A stretch of DNA of 64,000 nucleotides from positions 62,001 to 126,000 of the forward strand of contig CM030334.1 of NCBI GenBank assembly GCA_017654855.1, given 5' to 3'. A program made the translations under genes and the position numbers. The DNA is from Podospora anserina. Taxonomy: Eukaryota. A model generated the notes under the pieces. The model was not told the DNA's origin, ran no database searches, and saw only the letters and a program-made list of their open reading frames with translations. Below are positions 11,499 through 22,335 of this stretch, in pieces (position 1 is the stretch's first letter; every line of letters begins with the position of its first letter).

Positions 11499-14400
11499 CT
11501 AATTTCTAAATTAGGTATATGCATGAAAGCTGTGAAGAAAGTACTAATATTTGCATATGCGATTTACTTTGAGCTGCTCTTTTACATAAGTATTAAGCAG
11601 CTAACACAAACTGTCTGATACCTATAATATATTCACGTAGTTATTTATATATTGCATGACATGATACTAGGCCGACAAGTGAGACACATATATTTTGCAA
11701 CATGTCAAAGAAAATAAAGTAATTGCAAAGAAACTGAAATACAAGTCACCACCAATTTATCATGGGTACACAGAACGCTGAGATCCATCAAGATTGCCTT
11801 TGGCCTATACTTACCTAGCTCTGCCATGAAAATGCTGATTGTGACAAGGTTTTTGCAGCTGGTTTTAGCCTCTGTTATTCGTTCATGTGTGGATGTTCAA
11901 AGCTTTTCAACCATTGCTTGTCATGAATAACTCCTTTGCCTTATAGTCCGGATAATATGGCACAGCTATCAGCCATGAAGCAGAATATTGCCGCGTGTTT
12001 TGCATGTGTCTACCCTGATGCTCCAACGGCAAGGGTTTTATACGGGACCGGAATTGTCTCCAATAACAATGCCAAGGATGCACAGGCTAGCATTGTTTGA
12101 TGGCCCCATAATTAAGGTAGGTAAGCCAAGGCATTGACTCGAATCAAATCACTATCTGAGATCTAGGGGAAGTAGAGGTGAGGGAATTGGGCTACCTACA
12201 GGCAAGGTTGGGCTTCTTTTTACTGTAGGCATGTTAAGGAGTAGGTCCAAACATAACAGTCAACAATGTGGGCTGATGTGTCAGACGTGAACGTGAAGCT
12301 GTTATCTGACGTTGAAAGCCATGTAGCACTGCACACTAGTACAGATGGGATTTGATGTTACCGAAAAGGTGCGGACTGGCGAGAAACGTGACATGAACGT
12401 AGAAGCATGACGATGTCCTGATGATGCAGTAGGTTATTATGAAACCTTCCACATGGCATTATTTCATGGTGAATTGATCAGATACCAGTAGAAGATAAAC
12501 ACTGACCTGGGTCTCTGAGATCTGATAAATCTGTGTGCGAGCCAAGGTACCTAACCATCACCGAGACTACCTTAGTTACTGGTAGCCTACATGTGCCGGA
12601 TGCCGATGCGTTAAAGCTAGCAGAAAAAAACATTTATCGGGAAGCCAGGTGGGTGTGTTGGCCTGCAAAGCTCCATTGTTGATGGACTTTCTTGCCGGGC
12701 GGTTGATGCGCTTGTTGGGAATATTCCGCCAAGACAATAAATCTCATCTTTGACAAGATTCGTCCGTCAGTGGAGAGGTAGACCCGTTTAAGTATTCCGG
12801 GAAACGTTGTTGCCAATATGACACATGGTGAGCCAGCTTCACTACAACTGGTGGCAGCACGTGCGAGGTTGAGGTAGGACAAGACGGCAAGTATAACTGC
12901 CGTTGTTTTTGGAGTATTCCAAAGGAAGGGCGGGCCGGGGAAAATTGAGACCGCGTTAGGTTCAGCTAGGCATGCACTGGAAAGGTCTGCCAAAAGGTGC
13001 GGCGATACAAAGCACGAGGGTTGTTGATGCCCAAAGGCACGGAGACTGATCCCACTGATAAGCCGACTTCGGCAGTAGACCAGATTTGATTGCGTCATCG
13101 AACATATTTAGCAGAGTAGATTCCAGATCAGGGAAACATCGCAGAGGGAGAAGGTATATTTGAGAGGGGCTTCAGCGTGGCTAGGGATCAACAAGATTGT
13201 CAGTTCAGGGGCTCACTCACTCAACAGAGGCAATCAGAAGCCAGAACTAATTCCTAGCTGCAGAATGTCCGGGTTTGGTGGGGAGGCACGGAGGGCACCA
13301 ACAAGGAGGGGGTCAGACCGTCAGACTGCGGGGCATGCTGTCCTCAACGTTCACTGGTCTCTCCTTGTCATGCAGGCCACCTCAAGTTGGGTTTTGGCTC
13401 CCACAAGTAGCAATGCATCATTAGGCAGTCCTTGCGTAACCCATGCTAGCTGACCAGTGACATATGCGGGTAATGTTCCCGGCTGCGTTAGCTTGGGACA
13501 CCACAACCCTTCCAGAGCGTGGTAGGTACCGGTTCTCAAGCTTGGCTCCTTTGGAATATGGACGACAGCCAAGAGGCGGCAACAAGGATGTTCCTTCCAT
13601 AGCGCCTGGTCGAAACACAATTAACCAGATTCTGGGCGCACAACAAGCCCGAAGAGTCAAGATCAAGAATGGGTACCTATCCAGGTACCTAAGCAATATA
13701 CTGGCGATGCGCAGTGTGATGTGATGGATTTACTGACAGGTCGGCTGTCGTGAGAGAGGACTCAAACTTGGGAGGATGTGCAATATGGCAAATATGTTGC
13801 CGGGTTAAGACGGGTGGGATCGCCTGGCTTCGGAAGACGAGTTCGAGAGGACAAAGAGATGACCGCGGTGTGTGACTCTTTTATAGGTTCGGGGTAAAGA
13901 CCGGTCCGGTGGAGAGCCCGAAAGGGAGCTATTCTCCACGCTATGCAATGCAACCATCTACGTCTCTCCAATCACCGGCAACGAATATCTGCAGAAGGTT
14001 GCCAGCAGTCTGCATCCTGTGGATAGTCTGGTTGGACAGATTCGTGCGGTGGGCATCAAGCCACTACCAACCGGATTGCTGGTTCAGACATCGTCCACGA
14101 AGCTGGGGCTCCCACCCCAAGCTTGGTCTTCCGGGTTGGCGGAATTCCAGGGTAAGGTAGAACCGAGATGATGAAAACCCAAGAGGGACATCCCGGGGCT
14201 ATTCGATACTGCCGCATTTAACAATGGGCACATGGTCCCATGGTTCCACAAGAGCGCTGGCTTCAGGCTCTTGATGCCCTCCCCAGGATGATGTGGCAGC
14301 AGGGAAGCTGGCCTCACCAATCTCAGAGCATAATAAATACGCCTGCAGTTCTGTGGTCCATGGCGAGTCCGACTCAAGGCAACATCCAACAAGATAGCTT

Positions 14401-17002
14401 CATCTCTTGAGTCGTAGGACATTTGCACACCCCTCAAATCCACGCAACAGAGATCGACAACGCCAAGATGTGAGTCATTGACTAAGGTACCCAGGGGGGA
14501 TATCAAGCGCGCCATATCATTGACGAAGCATCTACGTAGTCTTTTCTGGCCAGTAAACTAGCCCAACATCTTTCCAGATACCTATTCAGCCTAGGTAGTC
14601 CGATATGGCTGTGAGTCAAGCATGGATCCCTCTCTTCATGACGATGCGAAGGTTAACCGACCCGCCAGCCCGGAGATACAGTTCGAATTCGCGGCAACTC
14701 GGTTCTGTACAAAGTCATTGCAGTAAATGGCTGCATGCTCACCATCTTGGTGATGAATCCGCAACCAGATGGGCAGTATCTGGACTTCAGTTCGACCTCG
14801 ATACAAACTATAGACGAATATCGCGTCGAAAAGGTGGATGATTGTTGAGTGGAGAGTCTGATTTACCTTGATGTGTTTTGTCGCCATTGCGTGGTCGGAT
14901 TTCTGCATTGGATACCCTCGTTTTAAACTTATTGTCTGGTACGGCATTTGGACGGATATTTGACTTTCAAGAGAGCACTTTCTAGACTTCTTTTATTTAT
15001 ATACTACCTAAGGTACCTAACGTCTGATCTCCGAGATTGTTGATAAGTAAGGTATCATCGTTTTGGGGTGTGTTTTGGAAATGATATGTACTGCTGCTGC
15101 GAGATTTGTGAACGTAACGAAAGTCTGTTGCGCATAGATATGCCTCCAGAAGACCATGATGGGACCGTTATGGTGGAAGTACCATGGATGGGTCTGTCTC
15201 CACAGCAACCAACCCCCCGGCACCCATGTACGCTCGGTATTACATTCAAGACAACTATGGGTAAGAAATACGGCTTTGGTTATGTATTTAACGCCAAGAT
15301 AGGTAGATATGTTTCCAGCTACCTACATGAGTAACCAGCAACAGGTAATAATTCAGATGCTGGACGGTGATGGGAAATGGGAACACCCAGAACATAGGTA
15401 CGTCATGTAGGTGAAGTAGTGACTGCTCCGGAATGATGTCCACTTAAATTCTCCACGACAAGATCAAGCCTGTCACTTTATTGCGGGGTGAAAATCTGGG
15501 GAAAGGCTGGTCCGGATATTATATCAGCCCCCGTCCCTTGACCTCATGGCAACTCGCACCGTCTTGTTCGGTCCCATCCCTGACATGGCCCCTGACAGCA
15601 AACTCCACATTACCTAAGTTGACTTCCATCCTAATGACTACTACAACACATGAAGCTTTGGTATGACTGTGAAGATAGAGTCTTTCTCTTTTTCATTGCA
15701 GCTGTTGAAACACTTCAAGTTCGGTCAATATACCTCATTTAAGATGCTCGCGCATTTAGTCTGGGGCTTATGGCTTTGGTCATGCCGGTACGGGTGGGGG
15801 TCCGATGCCTATCTAGATTGCCACTGCTGGTCCGTTGAGGTCACAACTCGCAACTACCTAGTGACTTAGGTGTGCCAGTCTTGATAATTTTCTGCCTGCC
15901 CGTGTTTCAAGTACCCTTTTACTGCTGTTGCACTCCCAGAAATGCCCTGACACCTGCAACCCTTTCCAGCTCCTCCATAGTCTCGGACCAGAGCTTAGCT
16001 TCAACCTTCTTTCCTTCCTCTGTATTCATCATGTGGTGTCCCCTGCGGGTTGTCAGTATACTTTTAAGTTCCTTGAATATTTGCACCAAAATGGAACATG
16101 GCTTACGAATCGATCTCCCAATTTCTCACCAATCTTCCATGACTCTCCTCTCCCTTCGCATCTACCGCATCGACATACACCCACGCCCCCCGAGTCATCG
16201 TCCTTCCTGCCAGACTGGCCATGACGTTGCCGATTAACCTCGCTGGGAAAAACACCAACTTCTGAAGCCCCGGGTTTTTGACCAAGGCTGGATCCACCGC
16301 ATTGACAATCAGGGTGAGACCATGCTGCTGTCAGACGCGGGCGGTGGCCAGACCAAGGCCGGTGTTGGTCTTGTGATCGACGCTGTTTTGCCGACAAAAG
16401 AGGTACATTCTGGAGGAGGAAAAGGTTGGACGAAGAATTGAGAGGTCAGGGCCAACCAAAGGTCACAGGTGAGGGAGTTGGTTTCAAAGTGGGCCACGGC
16501 GGAGGGGCGGGATTTCCAGACAGCAAGGAGGGCCACGATGGGGAACTCGAGTAGATTGATTAGAATTCCGTAATACATAACTCATCGCTGGGTGACACAT
16601 AGGCATAAGATGGGCAAGAAAGCAGATGGACAAGAGGGGATGAAGTGATTTCTTGGCGGTCTGTCACTACAGGTAAGTCTTATTAGACTGATCGAGGTGG
16701 GGCTGTTGTTTCGCGGCCAGTGCCATGGTTTCGAACCCAATCTGCGCCACACTCGGTTGACTGCGACTCCGAGATCGACCAACCGGGCGTGCCTGTTCAA
16801 TCTTCAACCGCAGCGGTCGGCTTGATGGTTGACCACGGCGTTGGTCTTTGGGTCGGTCTGGTCACTGACTGAAATAGACATCATATTCTGCCTCGCTTCT
16901 ACTTGATTCAAGAGCTTCCCACCCAGACTGAGCGTTATCTCTAGTATTTCGTTCTCTTTTTCTGCCACATCATTGACTCCAAATTTGGCCACCAGGGAAA
17001 CA

Positions 17003-18718
17003 ATGAATCACCAACACAGACGATGGCCATTATCAGCGCAGGGTGAGCGACCTCGATTGTCATTGCAGACAGCCTCACCCACTGAAAACTGTCCCGGGCT
17101 GCCCCCATACCCCGTCAATGACCAGGATGCCCGTTTACTTGTTGCGTCAAAGCTATGGGGTGAACAGAGGCGATTTTCAGATTCTTTCTCTCAAATGTCC
17201 AACGAAGCCCTCTATCACGAGTCGTTGGACAAGTTGAACCTCTCCTGCCGCACAGGCTTAAGCTTCAACTTCAGAGAACAAACCGAACAGGAAGCGCAAT
17301 TTGTGGTTGATCTCGGCGGAAGTGTCACACATATCCCGTCCCCACAACCATCCCCGACATTTAAGCCGGCAGGTTTACCATCCAGGGCTGCCCTAACTTA
17401 CACACCTGCCAACGCCAAAACATATCCTTCTGCGGAGTGGGAACTCACCAACGACAAACCCCAAGCGAAAGGAGATGGATTCATGCTGTGGAAGGAATAC
17501 GCGCCAGTGATTCTGACGCGCCGTTCTTCCTCACTCCAGTCAGAAAGAGAGCAGGTCCTCGATGCAGTATCTAGTCTCGGCTTGAAGGGTCCTGTCAAAG
17601 GCCTTGGGAAGCTGTCAAGGCCGGTTCTGAACAAGTACTACCGCACAGAGCAAGCACTGGCAGAGTTCCTGATTAAGCAAGATCGCGTCCTACTCCGTCC
17701 GCTGCCTTCGCCAGAGACTGGGCAAAGAGAGCTGGAACGCCTAGAAACCGACCTATTCGACACATCAAAATATATGGGTAGCACAAATTATATGACCGTA
17801 CTCACCTGGTCCGACGACAACCCATGGGGAACCATCACACTATTCCAAGTCGAGACCCCACTGATGGGCTCCGTCAGCCAAGGGGGGTATCTGGAATCTC
17901 AACGCCGGAAACCGCCAAACCTCCATGTCCATGTTCGGGAACCGTTTGCAACAAAGATAAAACCAGTGGCAGCGATGGAACACATACCCCAGCAGGTCCT
18001 CGTAAACATGCGCATGGATACCGCGATACGGAAGTTGGTTTTGGTTCACGAGCAAAACAGCCAGCGATTTCGCTGGATGGCCAAGGGCGAAATGGGCCAC
18101 CCCTCCTATGCAACCCTATACCGGCCTGACATGACGGTGCCTATTGCCGTACAAAGGAGTCTGTACGAGCACTTGGATGCTGATGAAGCAGCTATTCTTG
18201 GCCACCACTCACAGCGCCGACCGTCCTGCCTCAGTCCACAAGCTGCCTACCAAGATAGGCAAGAGGTCACAGCGGATGGCATCGTAGCCACAATCCCACA
18301 GTTTCTCGCTCTTTTACACTCGACTCAGTCAATTGTAGAAGTTGCTTCCTCTCCCAAGCTATCCGACGAGGAGAGGGTGGAGACGACATCAGGTGAACGC
18401 TTCCGGCGGTGCTCCATGAAGCAGCCGCTCCAAGGGAAACGGCATACTGGGAGGGATGTTCACGTCGTGGTGCTGTTGCCAGCTTCTCGTTCCGCGTGGG
18501 TGGAGGAGAAACTTTTTTGGACAGACGAGCAAGGGCACCTTGCCGAGTTCAGGCAGAAACGATACAAGTCGGTAATAGATAGAGAACGGGACAGGAGAAG
18601 GGGAAGATGTTTTGGCGAGTTTTCGGGGAGAAGGGGCAGAAGCCCGGGCGTTGGGGAGATCCGGAGTCCACCGTTGAGTGCTACCCTATGCGCAAGGGAC
18701 TCGGTATGGTATGAGTGA
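17003..18718 (+). CDS. Hypothetical protein, 571 aa, apparently intronless
   Basis: Long uninterrupted ORF in a gene-poor region. First ATG at 17003 (MNHQHRRW). No domain recognised. Confidence 0.6.
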   Translation: MNHQHRRWPLSAQGERPRLSLQTASPTENCPGLPPYPVNDQDARLLVASKLWGEQRRFSDSFSQMSNEALYHESLDKLNLSCRTGLSFNFREQTEQEAQFVVDLGGSVTHIPSPQPSPTFKPAGLPSRAALTYTPANAKTYPSAEWELTNDKPQAKGDGFMLWKEYAPVILTRRSSSLQSEREQVLDAVSSLGLKGPVKGLGKLSRPVLNKYYRTEQALAEFLIKQDRVLLRPLPSPETGQRELERLETDLFDTSKYMGSTNYMTVLTWSDDNPWGTITLFQVETPLMGSVSQGGYLESQRRKPPNLHVHVREPFATKIKPVAAMEHIPQQVLVNMRMDTAIRKLVLVHEQNSQRFRWMAKGEMGHPSYATLYRPDMTVPIAVQRSLYEHLDADEAAILGHHSQRRPSCLSPQAAYQDRQEVTADGIVATIPQFLALLHSTQSIVEVASSPKLSDEERVETTSGERFRRCSMKQPLQGKRHTGRDVHVVVLLPASRSAWVEEKLFWTDEQGHLAEFRQKRYKSVIDRERDRRRGRCFGEFSGRRGRSPGVGEIRSPPLSATLCARDSVWYE

Positions 18719-19687
18719 TGCACAGTCAAAGGTCATGGACTTCTTGTTGGCAGATGCGCAGACAGCTTGGATACACAGGGGCCGCCAGCACGGTATCTTA
18801 ATCATTGATGATGTTTCCTAGAATGCAATGACACCTTTCAGTTGTCAAGTTGCCCGGAGTCTTTAGGTACCCGGTCGAATGTGCAGTGGTATACCTACCT
18901 ATCTAGGCTTTTCGCTGCTGCGATTGCCTTTATATCCTTCAATGCTACATTAGGCACCTACCTAACTAGGTAGGTATTTTGTCAATCGTCGTTCCAAAGC
19001 CCCAATAGCAGCTTTGGCACACCACGGGCTGTCTATAGGAAAACTCCTATGGCTCTTGACCGCATACAGCTCGTGTTATCGATGTTGTTCTCACCGCCAG
19101 TTCGGCGTTCCAGACTTCACCTCGACGGGGGAAATAGGGAGCTATTGAACCGCCCAAAGTAGACGCCCGGAATTGCCGTCTGTAGGTAGTTTCCAAGCCA
19201 ATGGAAACCTTGCTCGGTAGTTCCCTGATGTCAAAATCAGGACATCTGATGTAGCCTTGACGTTGCACATAACGGGTGGACACTGGGCAATGGTAACGTT
19301 ACTGAGATGGTTTAGCCATGGTAGAACAGCCGCAGTTCCTTACAATAAACGTTAGTGGTTCTCATTTTCTGACCGTTACTACAAGAAGGGTTCCTGTTTT
19401 GAAACTCCGTTCCCTGTTGTGGCTGCATGTCAGGGGTTTGGAAGAGCAAACCTCACCGGCTAGCACGAAGTTTTTACCGACCTTGATCGAACAACTATAA
19501 TGCGGCCATGAAGATTTAGGCAAATGTCTTCCGTTGGAATTTTTCCATGAAGAGAGGCCCAGTGCGTATGGTGCCGGCTTATATATGTTCTCTTCGAGTG
19601 CAAAAATAATCCTGTGAAGAGCTTTAGCACCAGTGGCCCTTTAAGACGCGAACCACCATCAACCTCTTTGCAAAGTTTCCGATCGAG

Positions 19688-20669
19688 ATGCAACTTTATA
19701 CAGCAATCATTTTCATGTGGTCACTCCCTCAAGGGGCCCTATCCCACTGTAAGCGCTTTCTTATACTCCCTGGAAAATCAGTAAACAATACCTTGTAGGT
19801 AGCTACACATATTTCAAGCTATACTGACTACAGAAACGCTCGAAGATATCTTCCACCAATTTCTCCATAACGACACAATATTCACTCCTTTCAAGTACAT
19901 CCGCCCCGTCCCTGCTGAAACGCCACTTCACATCACCGACAAGAACGACATTCGATGTAACCGAGCAGGGGCCAATGGACAGTCAACAAATGTCTTGACA
20001 ATCACAGCAGGCGACACCGTGGGGTTCAAGCCTACATTTTGGATCCATCATCCCGGGGCATACGCTGCTTACCTCTCTGCCGTCCCTCCAGGAAAAACCA
20101 TCTCCAATTACGCGGGTGACGGTGACTGGTTCAAGATTTGGGAGTTTGGAACATACCCCAACCTCACAGCAGAGTCGGCATATCAACAAACTTGGTACGT
20201 CACGCTTTCTTTCAACCTCCTGCCTTTTTTTTTCCTCTTGGAGCGAAGATCCGCGTGCTAATGATGGACTTGTTCCCAATTGCAGGCGATTGCTTGCAGA
20301 CCCACTGACATTCCAAATCCCAACGGCCACCCCACCGGGGAAGTATTTGCTACGATTTGAGCATGTGGCACTGCATCTGGCCAGCCAGAGAGGTGGAGCC
20401 GAGTTCTACCCTTCTTGTGCCCACGTTGAAGTGCTGAACGCTGGGTGGAAGAGCACCGGTCTTAGCCCAGGACCGACAGCACGGTTCCCCGAGGCACACG
20501 AGGCAGAAGAACACGGCAAGTTGGTGTTCAATATATGGGACTTTGATGACGTGAGTGATGCCATGATACAGTCTAGAAAGATAGGTATTGGGGCTGCTGA
20601 CAAAACCGACAGGTTCAACAGCTCAACAGCAGGAAGATGCCTGGCCCGCAAGTGTGGGATGGCCGCTGA
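19688..20669 (+). CDS. AA9 (GH61) lytic polysaccharide monooxygenase, secreted, no CBM1; 4 exons
   Basis: Signal peptide MQLYTAIIFMWSLPQGALS followed by His1 (HYIF). Motifs DIRCN, HHPG, GDGDWFKI, IPxxTPPGKYLLRFEHVALH, AEFYPSC, PGPQVW. Introns 19749-19845, 20195-20285, 20551-20612. Confidence 0.92.
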
Positions 20670-20781
20670 ATGTACAGAAATGGCATCTTGGCAATTTGGG
20701 GGCGGGTTGGGCAGCGTTCTCGCATTTTCTCCCAAGGAGCCAAGTCAGCAGGCGAGTATGCAGCCAAGAGATTTGATGCTG

Positions 20782-21173
20782 TGTGACGAACCCCTATCCA
20801 GAACCTCTGAAAGGATACTAGTAGAAGGCACTTCTGAACAATCCTGGTTCGGCCCAGCTAAACAGTGTACAACAAATGGCTTGTCTCAATCACAATAGTC
20901 AAGATACTAACGATTGTGACTTGTATTGCATACTGCGGAACTGTCTATCTAACACACCGGCCAGTTCCTCCGTATATATAGACCTCAGGATTCTGAACTG
21001 ATCATGGCCAAGCCGCCCTGATCACGTCCTGATTGGCCCTGCTAGTGATCATGGTGATCATGCCTTGGTCACCCTGATCATCCCCTGATTGGCTAGTCCT
21101 TATCTAATCTAACGATTGGCTGAGGGCGTCCCGCGCCTCTCGTACTGTCCGTCCTGTTGGCTTAACAGTGACA
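20782..21173 (-). mobile_element. Solo LTR (392 bp), lightly mutated member of the shared-3'-half family
   Basis: Minus strand TGTCAC...GTCACA. TSD TGCTG/CGCTG (one C/T difference). Contains TCTATATATACGGAGGAACTG and the terminal TTTCAGAGGTTCTGGATAGGGGTTCGTCACA. Confidence 0.9.
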
Positions 21174-21271
21174 CGCTGGCAGGGGGTGCTGTAATTGTTG
21201 GGGCGTGGAATGTCCAATCTACTTGAAGCAAACATGGCAGGCAGCAATTGTCAAATACGGTATGAGGTGAT

Positions 21272-22116
21272 TATTATACGAGCGAGAGTCAATAGGTAGT
21301 ACGGTAAGGCCGGACTTAATAGCTTTAGGTTCTATTCCTAAAATAATATACTCTCTAATTAACCCTTAATTTAAAGCTGTTAAATGTTCTTTTTTTAACT
21401 TAAATTTTTCTATAATTCTAATATCCTCCGAAAATTAGTATTTTTAAAATATTTCCTTAATTTTTATATAATAATATATATTATTGTTTTAATATGTTTA
21501 TTATTATTAATTATAAGTTCTTTTAAAGTTATACTTTTTTATTTTCTTATAATAATTTTATATTTAATTTTTTAAGTTTTTATTCTAATTAGCTTTCCTA
21601 TATTTTTAACCTTAATAAAATTCCAGAATTTCATGAAATTATTAATTGATAATACGTTGATGAAACTATCAATTAATATTTTATTATTATTTACGAAATT
21701 AATAATTATGAATGTCGATATGTTATAATTTGTTTATAAAATATTAATATTTACTATAATAAACCGAATTATTTAAATATTATTATATTATAGTAAAATA
21801 CTATTATTATTAATAGATTAAATATTTAACTTTTACATTAAACGAAATTTATATATCGTTTTTTAATAGCTTATAAAAGTATTAAGACTTTAAGCTTAAT
21901 AATTAATTTTTAAGTAATAAAACTATTAATAAAAGACTTATTAAAATAAATTTCCGTAAACTAATTATTACATTATTTTGTATTTATTTAATAAGTTTAT
22001 AAGTTAAAGTTAATAAAGTAAATAATTACGTTAATTCTATTATTATACGAGGGAGGGTTTCTAAATAGCACGGTAAGGCCAGACCTAGTGGCTCAGGTCC
22101 TACTGCTAAGGTAATA
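21272..22116. repeat. RIPed AT-rich segment bounded by ~76-bp degenerate direct repeats
   Basis: 21272-21348 and 22041-22116 share TATTATACGAG.GAG...TAG.ACGGTAAGGCC.GAC.TA.T.GCT..AGGT.CTA.T.CTAA..TAATA. Interior is extremely AT-rich. Confidence 0.7.
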
Positions 22117-22335
22117 GTTTTGCTTATAGTGGGTCAAGATGACCAATCCACAGCAATATGCTGCTGTTGGTAGCTAGCGTCGGCGATCAATCACATCTTT
22201 CCTTCATGTTGTGCAAGGGGCAAAATCCTTGCGGCCGAACGAAAATATTCCCTCCTCTTATCCCCTTCCAGCCCTCCCAGACATCATCAGTGAACTGCGT
22301 GTCATTGTCTCTACCTACCTTATCTACTCAACAGC

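Larger units (their letters stand above)
1980..11500. repeat. AT-rich RIP-mutated transposon island
   Basis: Abrupt drop in GC, excess TpA, depletion of CpA/TpG, no long ORFs, and decodable retroelement relics and LTRs inside. Confidence 0.92.

Noticed and set aside
13160..16990. Many 60-140 aa ORFs
   Set aside because: No motifs, no consistent exon structure, mostly non-ATG starts.
22041..22116. tRNA- or snRNA-like gene given the ~76-nt length
   Set aside because: No cloverleaf, A/B boxes or snRNA motif; better explained as a repeat terminus.
11500..22150. Starship/Enterprise or Spok meiotic-drive block
   Set aside because: No DUF3435 tyrosine recombinase or Spok-like ORF is recognisable in the window.
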